A DNA stretch of 63,744 nucleotides, the filler included, from Folioceros fuciformis (taxonomy: Eukaryota), in assembly GCA_049999805.1 (NCBI GenBank). It is 11 parts of 11 records of this genome, joined end to end, with 100 filler letters (N's around TTAATTAATTAA, not from the genome) between each part and the next. Parts side by side here need not be neighbours in the genome. Positions count along the whole stretch, not along the records: positions 1 to 5,949 come from JBNGIO010001434.1; positions 6,050 to 8,443 come from JBNGIO010001435.1; positions 8,544 to 13,735 come from JBNGIO010001436.1; 8 more parts are not named here. One strand, 5' to 3'. Both the position numbers and the translations under genes were made by a program. Shown here piece by piece: positions 1 through 13,042 of this stretch; positions within the stretch are counted from its first letter, which is position 1, and each line of letters opens with the position of its first letter. Under the pieces are notes generated by a model. That model worked only from the letters and a program-made list of their open reading frames with translations. It searched no databases and was not told the origin of the DNA.

Positions 1-297
1 CCTCAAGGTTTCATAACTGGGGGACAGTGGGAAGTACGACGGTCACGGTCGTCGTCACACAGTCTGATAATTTATTATATCCCGCAATACAGTATGCTTC
101 GATGGTTCACCGTCAACCGTCAAAAAAGATAATTGCATCTTCATCACTATCCAAGGATCCACTAAAGTTTCATAGGTCCACTTTTACACATGACTGAAAT
201 TCAAATATCTTGCAAAAAGAACCAGGCTATACGGGAGACCGAACCACTTATTGGGCATTGAATAAACTTACGGCCTCCAAATTGGAAATGTCGTCTG

Positions 298-2741
298 TCA
301 ATGTGTTAGCAACCGTGCAACACTCAGACAACTAAGAGCCAAGGATGAGCCCACCACAACTCCAAAAATGCTGCTCTTCACATCCATTGCCAAGGCTCGT
401 CGCAGAAGATTCCCTCCAAAAGCAGAATACAAACCCCCACAAGCTAAGATCATCCAATGATCAAGACCATCGTGGTCCATCCCAGCGAAAACCGCAAAAA
501 CAGCTGCCACTGGACCCGTGCATCCAGTCAACGTTACAATAAGTAGAGCAAACTGCCAGCTCGTAGTGGCACTGTACACTACTATAGCCACCGTTGCACC
601 CCTGGGAAGACCATTGAATGAGGCTGAAAGTAGCAGGTCCATATCCAGACCAGATGTTCTGAGGCTAGCTATTCCAAATAGCAGTCCATCCACAAGGGCA
701 TGAAAGGCTACCGTTGTTGACACCAGAAGAGCTTGCGTGGCTAGAGGTGATATCTTACCCGAGCCAAAACGCAACACCTCCCTCTTTTCACTTCTGGATT
801 CTCCCCTGCAAGAAGCAATAGCTTCCAGAACCCAAAAAACTGCACATCCAGAGCAGAGCCAAGCTATAACCAGAGGGACGCCAGATTGGCCACGCAGCAA
901 TAATTCTGCTGGGCTCCATGCTGCCACAACAAAGGCAGCCCCTGATCCAAGTCCTGGAAGAACAATGGGCGACATTCTCACCCAGCTTAACAATAGTATG
1001 CTAAAAGCACCTCCGATAAAAGGTCCCAACACAAGAAGCAAAGACGCCACTACAGCCCATCCATGTTCCCTGCTGATGCAAATGCAAGAGATCAGACAAC
1101 ACGTTGATACAACATTGTGCGAACAGCAGGATAGGGCATACTGCGGTGCTGCATGGCATAGTCCTTACTTTGGCATCTGATCATAGCCGACAAGTAGCGC
1201 ACTCAAGATCTCCATTAGTGCAACAGACGCCGTTGCAGCAGATCCTACATGGGAAGCATTTGCTTCCTACACAGAAGTCCTGGTCATCAGCAGGCACCCA
1301 AGACAACCTTACACAACCAAATCAGGAACACCAAGAAGACGCTAAGTTAGAACAACCACCTTCAAGCTAGCAGGGATAACTTCAGCAAAGACCATCCAAA
1401 TCATGCAGCCAGCTGCAAAACCAAGGCAGAATGGCAAGAGCTTGTGGAAGGCCTCTGCACATAAGAATGCTGGAACAGCCACTAGCGGCTGCAGTAAACA
1501 ATTTAGACACACCAATTAGCCGAGCACACCAAACTCTCGTGTCCTCTACAACTACTAAGAGAAGAGCAGCAACGGGTGTGGGGGGTTGGTTTGGTTGCTG
1601 ATGATCATTCCTGGTTCGCACCAACGTTCTGCAGCAATTTCCTTCACGTTGCTGATATGTGAGGCCTCAGAAACCACTGCTGACGGTGTTTTCAGATAAT
1701 CCCTTATGAGAACGGGTGAAGCAACATGCAGAAGCACTGGTAACCATCTCTGACCATCTTTTACACGTGTAAAATAGCACGAGAACTGACCTGTGGTAGG
1801 GATGTGAATATGCTCCAGATCAATGCTTTGCGAGCAGAGAGTCCTCGTGATGCCAGAACCATGCTTACAGCCAAACCCTCCGGGATATTGTGCACTGCAA
1901 TCGCAAGAGTGACCATCAGGCCCTGCCGAAGGCCATTAGGTCCTGCGAAGGACACTCCAACACCGGAACCCTCGCCAAACGAGTGCAGAGTCATAATTCC
2001 AACAACCAATACAACTTTCCTTGCATCGACTGCTTTGAGGTCAACAATCCTCATATCCTCGTAACCCTCCAACACCTGCAGAAAAAAGCACAAAGAAGTT
2101 AACCCCTCGCCACCTGTATGTGCGTCTAGAGGTTGGAGGTGAAACGGAGGAGATACACGCTGTGTAGATAATCTTGCTTCACCGTAAACCGTGAAACAAA
2201 CCTTTTGGCAGCACAGAATGAAGAGTCCACCCAGTAGAATCCCGAGCACGACCCAGGTTCCACCACCATACTTCTGCCCTTCCTGTATGAGATCAAAACT
2301 GGCAGCAGTCATCACCCCCGACGCAATTCCATTGCAAATACCCGCCCAGTGCGTCCGTAGCTCCATAAAGAAGAGAGGAAGCGCGCCAAGACCCGTTGCA
2401 GCTGCCATAGCCAAAGTGAGTAATGCAACCGTGAGAACGGGTACTTTTCTTGTTGTCGGCTTTCCTGTCAATTCTGTAGATCCTGTTAGGCCGCTCGGGG
2501 CACGCGTGACTTCTCCCATAGCTAATCGAAGGCCCGGGTCAGCGAGTCCCAGGCGATACAAGTCATCTTGAGACGTTGAAATCTGCCCCTTTCTTAACTG
2601 TGCGCCTCTCAGAAGATAATTGGCATGCATAGACTGTACAGGAGCTACCATATCAACCAGCACAACGACAATGCCGAAAAACAGAAGAGACATCTGCAAG
2701 GTGCAGCTCGTTCGCGTCCCATGAGCCATGATGAAAGACAA
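298..2741 (-). CDS. ZIP-family metal (zinc) transporter, At3g08650-like; exons approx 2741-2202, 2075-1791, 1488-1360, 1266-1169, 1069-298
   Basis: Motifs TLHSFGEGSGVGVSF, IAVHNIPEGLAVS and PLVAVPAFLCAEAF; GT-AG introns join the ORF pieces in frame; duplicated ZIP-like second half. Confidence 0.9.
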
Positions 2742-3593
2742 GCATCAGGTCGAGGCCGTAAACGATCGCCGATAGGGGTACTTCCTTCAAGCAAGAACAT
2801 GAGGACAGCTTTGAGTGTGAGGTCTGGGTGACGTGGGGAAGAAGTAGCAACCTACGAATGTATGTAGACTAAATCCTAGTAGCATCTAACGGATGTTTTT
2901 TTCTACCCACAAATCTAGTTCTGGACAGGTTAAAATGAAGTGAATTTCAGAAGTGCCAGCAGACCGCCGCGTCCGATCGAATGCTCCATTCCCGCAAATT
3001 GTTCGGGGTGCGCAGCCTGCGGAATGCTTGGTTGCTTTGGGCCATTCCGTCGGCTCGCGTAGCCTGATCCCCCATGTCGGCGTTATGGTTCCTTTCAGGC
3101 CGCTAACGTCACCCCATGACTGGGTTGCCTTCGGGAGTGAAAGGTGAAACGACGCAGAAGGGGAGTTGCATGCGCAGCAACTTCAGCTTACACATTCCAA
3201 TTGCTGCCTTTTGCCCTGCGGGCTGGCTGCATTGTGCCGGGATGATGGGTCATTACGCCCGCGTTGATGGACCGTATCCAGTGTTCCTTCCATTCCCTCA
3301 TACGGGCTGTCTTAACAAGTTTTATGATATCTCGTACATCCGCAGCTTTACAAGTGTGGCGCGTGCCTCTGGTCGGATGTCTGCCTGAGATAGAAGAGGA
3401 CCGCAGCACTTATTGAAAGTTTGTCGTAGCTGACATCATCAAGGAGAATACGAGTGTTAAGTCTGCATGAGCAGGATTTGTCACGTATGCATCATTTTGT
3501 CATGAAGCTGTGTGGAGTAGGTGGAGCCAGGTGAAAATCCTTCTCGCGGACGGGTGTCTGGTGTGGGGACCGACACCATAAAGCAAAGAGAAG

Positions 3594-5646
3594 ATGACCT
3601 CGTTGTGGGAAAAGGAGGGTTATCCCGAGTGGCAAGATTACTACTTTGTCTGCTACTTCGCTCTTGTATTCCCCTTTGCTCGGTATCTTTTGGACTGCTG
3701 CGTGTACCAGGTTAATCTGCCCTCACAAGTTTTACGATACTTGACTGCTGCCTGCTGCGTGTGTACTGTCACATACAAAATTTGTAGGCAACTATCCTTC
3801 GTAATATCTCCCGGCAGTAGTCAGGCACGATCTTCTGGCCCATCCATAGGGTCTCCGTGCAATTACGGTCCATGTCGGCTGCGGATGGTACCCAAACGCA
3901 AGACGCAGATCGATACCTAGCTCCGTAACTAACGTCTGGGTTATTGCAGCCTTGAAACCGGGACACCTTTTCCATGTATTGTCCTAACAGAAGCTCTCAT
4001 CCTATCCGGGTCCTCACGTTGCTTTGTCGTTTGTTGAAATGTGCAGAAGCTTTCAAAGAGGCTGCTCAACGCCAATGCAGACAATTACTCAAGGAAATTG
4101 GGCGGGGAGGTCACCCATAAAAATATGCCGAAATTTACAGAATCTGCATGGAAGCTGACGTACTACTTTGCAGCTGAACTTTACGCGCTATGTATTACTT
4201 ACAAAGAGCCTTGGTTTGGGAACACTCATGCATTTTTCCATGGCTGGCCGCACCAAACTATAAAGTACTTGTCATGCCTTTGCCATCAGTATCTGGTGCT
4301 ATTATGCTAAAATAGCTGAGTTAGTGCTGCTCTGAGAGGGATCAGAGGGAGAGTGGTTGTGGTGGAAGTAATCAGAACAGGGTGGATACAGTGTAAGTGA
4401 CATTTGCTTTGCTCTGTTTTTGACAAGGTTCCAGCTCAAGGTATTCTACACATTTCAGTGCGGCTTTTATATATACAGTGTTGTGGCTCTCTTTGTGTGG
4501 GAGACAAGGAGAAAAGACTTCTCTGTCATGATGACTCATCATATAGTCTCAATTTGGCTCATTGGCTTCTCCTACATCTCTGGGTATTTGGTTTTCTGGA
4601 GCAGTGAATTTGCCTCTGAGCTATCGGCTGTGCACTTAGAGATCGCTTTTATCTCTTAATTACCATCATTATTATGCTCTGTTTGTGGCCCAGGTTTTTT
4701 AGAATTGGATCAATTGTGCTGGCTCTGCATGACGTGAGCGACGTGTTTTTGGAGTCTGCAAAATTGCTGAAGTACAGTGGGCTAGACCTAGGTGCCAGTG
4801 TCTCGTTTTGCATGTTCGTTCTTTCATGGATTCTTCTCCGGCTCATCTACTTTCCTTTCTGGATTATTTGGAGCTCCAGGTTTGATGTCGCAAACTCTGA
4901 TATGTCTCCCATTCAGTTGCTATCTCAGCTTAGAGTCCCGAAAGGTAGCAGAAATACAGACCGGAGTATGACATGCAGTTAACTGTGCAGTACAGGTTAA
5001 GCTTGGTATTCCATGAAGAGCCACAGAACTACATCACATAGTCGATCGTTATGTAGGGATGATCTTTACGGAATTCACCATGAAGCATCATAAATTGCAG
5101 TTACAGTTGTAGGGCGGGTTTTTCATTGCCATTTTTAGGTCTCTTTGAGGTATTTCGAACAATACGAAAATGAAACCAGAACTTGGATGTCTTACCTGCA
5201 CGTCTCTTGTGAGCACATTTGAGTCTGAAACCATGCAGGCACAGTACATGTCATTGGTGCAGCGCCTGGTATGCCGTGATGACTTACATGGTATTGCTTT
5301 TGCTTCAGCTATCATGTTATCAAGTACCTAGATCGCACCAGCGCAAGGCACGTTCTGCTTTACTATGTCTTCAACACACTGCTCATCACACTATTGATGA
5401 TGCACATTTACTGGTGGGTCCTTATATATCGAATGTTGATTAAGCAACTAGAGAACAAGGGGACTGTTGGCGAAGACGTTCGATCAGGTACATGTGCTAG
5501 ACATGAAAATCTTAGCGTCTGCTTGCTGTTGACTTCTGTCTTATGAAATTTCCTGTCTGACGTTCGTCACGAATTTTCGCAAAGTCGTATTATTTTCATG
5601 ATAACTGATAGTTCGTGCTGTTGCAGATTCCGACCCTGAAGGCTGA
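3594..5646 (+). CDS. Ceramide synthase (LAG1/LOH family, TLC domain); exons 3594-3710, 4047-4264, 4428-4583, 4694-4879, 5309-5487, 5627-5646
   Basis: [30 protein letters not shown] (Lag1 motif), HIYWW and C-terminal EDVRSDSD; canonical splice sites in frame. Confidence 0.93.
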
Positions 5647-5949
5647 ACTCATTTGTTTCCTTGGGTCTCCTCCCTGTCTACCAAGAGGGACAATGTGGTC
5701 CTCTTGAAAGAAGTTTTCCAAGAATATCCAGGGTGCTCATCTTTAGAAGCTGGCTAGTTACATGGATTAGTGGGTGATGCATACCAATGGACTTGCTTGG
5801 GCCTGTGGGCTAAAAAAAAAAAGAAAAAGGTAATGTCTAGAATGAGATTTGCATTAGCACGATATTTCTGTGCGCTGCTGGCAGGCCGGGGCATCTTTTG
5901 TGTAACATGCGAGTGCGATGGTGTGGCTGATAGGCTAGAGTCCTGCTGA

Positions 5950-6049
5950 NNNNNNNNNNNNNNNNNNNNNNNNNNNNNNNNNNNNNNNNNNNNTTAATTA
6001 ATTAANNNNNNNNNNNNNNNNNNNNNNNNNNNNNNNNNNNNNNNNNNNN
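5950..6049. other. Artificial contig linker (44N-TTAATTAATTAA-44N); identical linkers at 8444, 13736, 18908, 25265, 28456, 41112, 48811, 53718, 62304
   Basis: Identical 100-bp spacer carrying a six-frame stop motif, ten times. Confidence 0.98.
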
Positions 6050-8443
6050 CATATACTAAGTGGGTTCATCCCTTCTTTTATGGACCTATGGGTGGCACTC
6101 TCATTTCGTGCCCAATATGGGATAAATGACCCCAACCAAACCCTACAATACTTCTTTTGCCCAACATAGCAAAGTCTAATAAGCTGTATATATATATTAA
6201 TCATAACCTTAATCACTCTTACCACTAATTAGTACAAACTCAATAAGCTGGATTAGCACTAATTAATATCAACGTTAATCATGCTTAACAGGCTCACCAC
6301 TGTAGGAGGCTGCACGGTGGTAGCAACAGTGCTATTAGCAATGGCCTATTGATGAGCTATGTGATTGTACAATGCAACGTGCTTGAACTTCACCCGGCTG
6401 ATTGCCTCACTCACACGTAGGCGGAAATCTCTCAACGACATAGTCCCAAGCGCTTGAGAGTTTTTGTGCCTACTTGATGGTCCTGACTCCATGGTATCAG
6501 ATCACTCCGAGAGGTCAGCTTTAGTCTGTCCTCCTTGTGCTGTTGAAATCACCAATGAATGGTCAGCACCATGGCCTCCACTATCCTGCCTCAAGTCACC
6601 AAAATCTGGTGCAACTGGATTGTGGGCCCGGTTAGCAAAAGGGGACCGACCAACTTGTGCCTGCAGCAGGTTGTTGCTGCTCAGCACCAGGATCTGCTCC
6701 CGCTGGGTCTCCTCCTAAAGACAGCCGTCGCCGTTGTGCTGGCCGCCTCCTCCTTGCAAAGACCCTAGCTAGCACATCCCTTGTCCTCAGTCGATAGCAT
6801 GGGCTACCTCCCTCCTTCTCAGAGGGCATTGCCCATGTAGACAGCATGCCAAAGATCAGCCACCAGCAAGGTAAGCAAGTGTGCTGCAAGGCAGCCTCCG
6901 AGAAAGAAAAAACCCCAGCCACATAATCAATATGAAACGCAAAATTCCTGAACACACCAACGCTGCAACTCTGATCCTTCTCCTCAGTAAGCAAAAAGGA
7001 CCTGGAATATCACTATCCTAGCACCTATGCTGCAACAAGGGAAGTGATGGCTGCAAATAGCCAATTTCCCCAACTGAACCCTAAGTGCCCAACCTCTCTA
7101 AGGCATTCAGTCCTTGGATTGCACTCGGAAGTAGACAAAAATGGCATCAACCGATTCGTCTCAACAAGACAAACACTCTAGTGTAAAAACCACCGAGGTG
7201 GCAACCGATCTATGGGGCGATCGATATGAACGCTGGAAGACTTGGGCAGCTTGTTGCAAATGAAATGCAGTTGCTTCTGCGGCACAATCAGGGCATGTGG
7301 GGGATGCTGCCTTGCTAGAGTTGCACGGCCGCCTCCACCAGCTCACTCGCCCGTGGATACATGACCTCCAAACACTAACCAAACTCGGCAGAGACCTCAC
7401 TCACATGCGAGGACTCAAAAATTCTAGTTGAGGGACTCACTCACACGTGAGCTCCAGCAATTGAAAGCAGTTGTCGAAGTAGACATGCTAGCACCGCTCA
7501 CGTGTACTATGGCACACTTCGGTGCAAATACGAATAAAAAGGGTTGCCCTCCACAGGCTACCTGGAGTTGGTAAATCCATGACCTACCGTAGCACCCACA
7601 CACATTGCAATCGTTCTAAGCCACATGCACACCAAAACCTTGCATTCCAATCAGAAATTCAGCAACATTCCCTTTCCACGAACTTTGACAACTCGTTGTT
7701 GCAGCTGCCATCGCTAGTCTTAGGGTCTTGGCCGCCATCATGAGCTAGCACCTCCCTCTCAGTGTGATGAGGCCACCACCTCGCATGATCCTTTGGCCGT
7801 TGCAGCAGCGGGCTGCATGATGTAGCCCACAAGCCACCTGCCAGGTTTGCAGCCCTGGTTCTAAAAATGACCTAAATGGCCTAATAACCTATCCTGATAA
7901 TGTGAGCTAAATAGCTTCATATGGGGTAAAATCTATTCCCAATGCTATTTCCGAATGGCCAAAATCACATATATAGCCAGCCTACCTCTAGGCTACTATA
8001 TATATTCTTGTAAAACAAGTCTGGTGCCATGACAGTCTCCAGGGTCGCCATCTTCTTGGAGCTCAAGAGTGCAAGAGGTCAATTTGCAAGTCTTATCTCT
8101 TTTGTTTGCTCCTTCTATGGCCCGCCATCCAAGCTCTATTACCAACACGGTGTTGAGATGTCACCCCCGCCATGCTCAAAATGAGGTTAAAACAAGTTAG
8201 TTGAAGCAAGATGCAGAATCCCAAAAATAAGAGCACTATAACAAGGCTCTTAAACTTAAATCAAAAGGAGAATTACAAAAACAATACAATACAAGTGAAG
8301 AGGGAGTTAGACTACATATTCTAAGTGGGTTCATCCCTTCTTTTATGGACCTATGGGTGGCACTCTCATTTCGTGCCCAATATGGGATAAATGACTCCAA
8401 ACCCTACAATACCTTTTTGCCTAACATAACAAAGTCTAATAAG
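6050..8443 (-). mobile_element. Short non-autonomous LTR retroelement (TRIM/LARD-like), both LTRs truncated by contig ends
   Basis: 6050-6182 is near-identical to 8315-8443. On the minus strand, PBS-like TGGTAATAGAGCTTGG at ~8129-8144; the 3' LTR starts TGTTAAGCATG at 6290; no long internal ORF. Confidence 0.7.
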
Positions 8444-8543
8444 NNNNNNNNNNNNNNNNNNNNNNNNNNNNNNNNNNNNNNNNNNNNTTAATTAATTAAN
8501 NNNNNNNNNNNNNNNNNNNNNNNNNNNNNNNNNNNNNNNNNNN

Positions 8544-8747
8544 CAAGAAGCTTCCTACAGATTAGCTTAAGCTAATCTAAACTAATGATACTTAACTAGA
8601 CACTAATCTTAGACTAAACACATTAGTCTAAGCACATTAGCTAGACACTAATCTTAGACTAAACATATTAGTCTAAGCACATTAACTAGACACTAATCTT
8701 AGACTAAACACATTAGCCTAAGCACATTGGGCTTTAATAACCCTACA
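8544..8747 (-). mobile_element. LTR (3' LTR, partial), same family as 49219-49497
   Basis: Near-identity to 49384-49497; minus-strand start TGTAGGG preceded by a purine-rich tract; internal ~46-bp unit triplicated. Confidence 0.75.
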
Positions 8748-8831
8748 CAACTCACTTAGTTCACTCGTCTCACTCGTTCAACCTTGCTCACACACTTACT
8801 CGATTTGAATTTTGGAATGCAGTAGTTAGTT

Positions 8832-9170
8832 CGGGGAATTGGGGAGGAGGAAACCTCCTGTGCCGCGGTTCTTGCGGATTCGTCCCCCTCACCACCAGCC
8901 ACGGAGCAGTGTTCTTGACTCCTTCTAGGAGCTTCTCACACACGCTACCGTCCTTGGCAGTGCGGGGATCTCAACTAGAAGGCAATTCTGCATACACACT
9001 CAAATTTTGGTCACGATGGATGACTCGGGGATTAGGGGAGGAGGAGACCTCCCATGCCACGGTTCTTACGGGTTCGTCCCCCTCACCACCAGCCGTGGAC
9101 CAATGCTCATGACTTCCCCTAGGAGCTTCTCATGCATGCTACCCTCCTTGGCTGTGCGGGGATCTCGACT
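8832..9170. repeat. Diverged direct duplication (~140 bp x2: 8832-8975, 9027-9170) in retroelement internal region
   Basis: ggggagga...ttcgtccccctcaccaccagcc...taggagcttctca...gtgcggggatctc repeated. Confidence 0.85.
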
Positions 9171-9529
9171 GGGGAGTGTCTCCAACATTGGCTGAATAGA
9201 GAGGCCCCAACAGGCCTCTTTGTACAAAGCGTTCAGAGCGGGAGTCACAGGTTGCCATAAAGTGTAGTCTAAAACGGTCAAGTTACAAAGTGCTTTTAAT
9301 TGCGAGCGGCATTAGGTCCAAGACAACATCTTCATCAAATCTTAACTAAGCTCTATTTTAAGATGCAATAAATTCTAGCCTATCTCAGCACCACGCACGC
9401 CTCCTATCTGCCCTTTGCGTCCTCCTTCCTCGGCTGCTAAACCCTCGGGCTCTCCTCCCCCTCTACTGGTCAAGCAAGTCTTTCCATAAAACCTCTACCT
9501 CGCTTTCACTAATGTCTGACTTCTCATGA

Positions 9530-10564
9530 CTAGGCATGGGTGGGGTCCGCCGGGAGCCTTCTCTCCTCCCGTGGTCGCCTATTGCTAAGGACCATCACGA
9601 GTTCCTCTTCCACCCAGGCTTGTGCCTCTTCCTCGGTGAGCTCCTCCAAAACCGCCTCCGAATAATAGGGGGTTAACTCCCACACCCGGAAGCAATAGGA
9701 GAAGCATCCCTTGCGGGTACTCACTTGCAAACGGTAGGCCCTGGTCCCTCCTATTCCCACACGCACATGGACAGTAAGGTTAAGTACATGGTCTCTATTC
9801 ACATAGAGGTCAAGAATATAAGACTCCTTATCCATGTGCTTTAATACAATCTGGCCTCCCACTGCAGATGAGGTGCTTACTCCCTCCTCCTGTGGGCTAC
9901 CCCTGACTACCTGTTCTCTGCTTTCCAAGGGAACTAGGGAGCCTCCTGTCCCTTTGGCTGCCGCCGTCTCCAGTCCGGTCCTCTTGGCACGGGTAAGCAT
10001 TCCAACCACCTCGGTAGCTGGTTCCACGACTATTGCTGCTTCCTCGACCATGGTAGGGCTTCCTTCTACCGGCGTTGTTTCTCTCCGACCGGTAGTAGCT
10101 TCCGCTACCTCGGTCGTGGACCTGCTGCTCCATTTGCCTTTCCCTTTCCCCTTGACTCTGCTTCGGGCCTCATCTCGTGCCCGTTTGTAACGGTCCGCGA
10201 GCTTCTGGACTTTCTTTACCGCGGCTATCTCTTGCTCATGCACCCGCAACAACTCCTACTGCACTTCTTGATTCGCTTCATGTACTTCCCTAACTTGGGT
10301 CATCAGCAGTTCCTGCTGATCCTTCATGGCCTGCACCTCTTCCCAGGCCCGACGTAATTCTTCCTGTACCTGTGCTTTCACTGCGCCCAGGGCCTGTTGG
10401 GCTTCCTCTAATTGTTCACATCGTTCAAATCGTTTACACCTGCCCTGGTGGCCAGATTGCGGGTTGGCTAGTGCCCTGCGCCCCTGCCCTCGCCGCAGGA
10501 TTGCAGCCGGGCTTTGGAGTGGCTGGCACCTCACCCTCGCCGCAAGACTGCGGCCGGTCTGCAC
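9530..10564 (-). mobile_element. Degenerate coiled-coil, Glu-rich ORF(s) within an LTR element internal region
   Basis: ORFs 10256-10564 and 9530-10252 are in one frame, split by a stop; they lie upstream of the 3' LTR at 8747; no recognisable domain. Confidence 0.4.
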
Positions 10565-11015
10565 CCACGCCTATGCACCTCGCTCTCACACCCAGGACTG
10601 CGACCGTGGTGTGCTTGCGCCCGCTGCTATCACACCCGAGTTGTGCCTATGCCCTCCACTCATAGCTAGGCTGTGCCCGCGCCCCGCCTTTGCGGCCGGA
10701 TTATGGCTAGGTGTGCCCCAATCTATCCTTGTTATCGGTACTCGCTGATGGCTTGTCTCTAACTCCTCCTCTCCTTCAACATTGCAAATATCTTCTCCTT
10801 ACACAATCTTAGCTCCAGCACTTCAGATCTTCAGCAACTTGTATCTTGCAACAAGCTTGCAAAGTTGACACTTCCAAGCTCAATCTAACCTTTCAACAAC
10901 TTGTATTCTTTCAATGAGCCTGCCTAGGAGCTGTAAGCTTGTAAGAGAAGTGTTTACCTCCTTCAGACACCACAAAATATCCTCACAATACTCACACCAC
11001 ACCACATTACACACA

Positions 11016-11496
11016 CATTAAACACTACATGATGGTGCTGCAGCTCTATTGTAAGAGTGAAGCGTTGCTTCCTTTAGTCACCACAAAATCTCCTCGTCCT
11101 GCATCCACACTTCTCAGAGTTGTAACTTGGCTTCTCTAATCCTAGATCAGGTCACATGATCTTGCACACTGCGCACACGCACACCTCAACCGGATTCCAA
11201 CAAGAGAATGCTCCCTCAAGAAAAAGCCTATTCCCAAAAAGCAAGAGAATATAAGCTTACAGCTGCAACAGACACCAATAAGCTAGGCTTTTATGCTTGC
11301 TACCTCAGACCTACTGCAGCCACATCCACACACCTAGTTGTGTGTCTATCTATTTGACTATATATTATATTATATTTTCTAATAATCTCCACTGAATATT
11401 TTTTAATTATTATTATACCATTTATTAGCATCACTTAATTATTAACTAATTAAATTTTGCATGCATCTAAGCGACAACACATAATCATGCTTGACA
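11016..11496 (-). mobile_element. LTR of a second element interrupting the Copia gag; second copy at 59631-60183
   Basis: Minus-strand start TGTCAAGCATG at 11496; long near-identity with 59631-60183. Confidence 0.7.
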
Positions 11497-12474
11497 CCTT
11501 TGCTAACATCTTAGAGCTAGCCTCCTCCCATGTCATAGTGTCTGGGGCTATCAGAAAATCTATGAACCCTGAACAGGCTTTGGGCATAGAACGATATAAA
11601 AACATCTTCTGTATGTCTTCTTGGATAGCAAAGTGCTCGTTAGCCGACGCTAGCGCTGTAAACAATTCGTGAAGGGTGTCGATGTGCTTTTGCAAATCGT
11701 CTCTGTCTGAATACTTCAATGTCACCACACGACAAAACAAGTGAAATAGTTCACCTACTCCCTTCTGGCCATATTTCTCATTGAGAAGATTCCAAATGTA
11801 CTCCATACCTTTGTCTAATTCTCCAACCTTCAACTGCACTGCCGTAGAGAGATTCGTATATAGGAGAGCTATACCGTTATGGTCCCTCCGCATCCACTCT
11901 CTCTGTGCTCGCCCCTCATCTTCGGGTTTCGGCTCTTTGCCCTCGGCAAATCCGTACGCATCCTCGGCCATCAGCAAAAATTTCATGGATCTTTTCCATA
12001 CATGGAACTCTGTTCCACCAAACACTCGCGGCCTCAAGGTCGTGGCGGTTACTGAGCCCCTTGCCATGGCAACTTCGTCCTCTCTTATCAAGTCTCGCAA
12101 TCAATGAACCATGATACCATGTAAGAAACAACTCAAACACAACAAGGCGTGGGCAACACGCAGGATCAACACAGTAAGCAGACACAAGTAGTGACAATGG
12201 ATGGTACACAAAATAGCACAACACGCAGGATCAACACAGTAAGCAGACACAAGTAGTGACAATGGATGGCACACAAAATAGCACCACTGACTTAGGCCGC
12301 TTAGGTGCTTAACTGGGCTCCACAATACCACACAATATGGTGCACAAGGTGCTCTATATACATAGGCCTTTGGGGGGAAAATATCAAGAAGGTAAGCCCT
12401 AGTCTCAATAGTGCAATATCCTAGTATATTCCTAATATGATTCGAGTAAGTTGCAGAGGATTGAATTTGTAACA
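11497..12474 (-). mobile_element. Ty1/Copia 5' end: LTR 12120-12474, PBS ~12106-12119, truncated gag
   Basis: LTR TGTTACA...TTACA with TATATA; PBS-like TGGTATCATGGTTC; gag N-terminus FGGTEFHVWKRSMKFLL (DUF4219/UBN2-like); 65-bp tandem duplication ~12153-12284. Confidence 0.8.
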
Positions 12475-13042
12475 AGCAACCTACGAGTGCACGGTTGGTC
12501 TTCATGGCTCTACGCCACCGGCAGTCTCCGCCCCCTGTCTAAGGCGGAGCGGATGGAGCTAGAGCTCTCGGAACCCGGCTAACGCTGGTTTAAAGCTCTC
12601 AGTCCCGCGCCAGTCCATGACCGCAGAGTATCCGTCTCCTCGACCTCCCGAACCTCTTTTCTTGACAGGCATTGGCGACATGAAATGGCACGTTGCAGGA
12701 GGCGTGAAGGAGATGACCACCGGTCACTAAACCCTAAACCTGATCGTCGGAGAGAATATTATACTCCAAAGTTTTAGAAAACACATTGTGGAATGGGTTG
12801 TCATATAGCTGCGAGAAGTTGGACAGCTATGGCATGGATCAGTCCATCCTGCAGTCATTCAGACAATGGGGGCCAGAATCGTACAGGTAGGAATAGTTCT
12901 TATTGGGCCAGGTTCAAAAAAACATTCCGAAGTTCACACAGTACCTAGACTGGCCCTCCATCCTTCATCAAAGCGTCAAAACGCCCTCGAAAACACATGC
13001 TGTGAACATACAATACTGGTGTACGGAACAGACGGATTCGAT

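Noticed and set aside
12727-12741. Telomere-like TAAACCCTAAACC
   Set aside because: Fewer than two full units; no array
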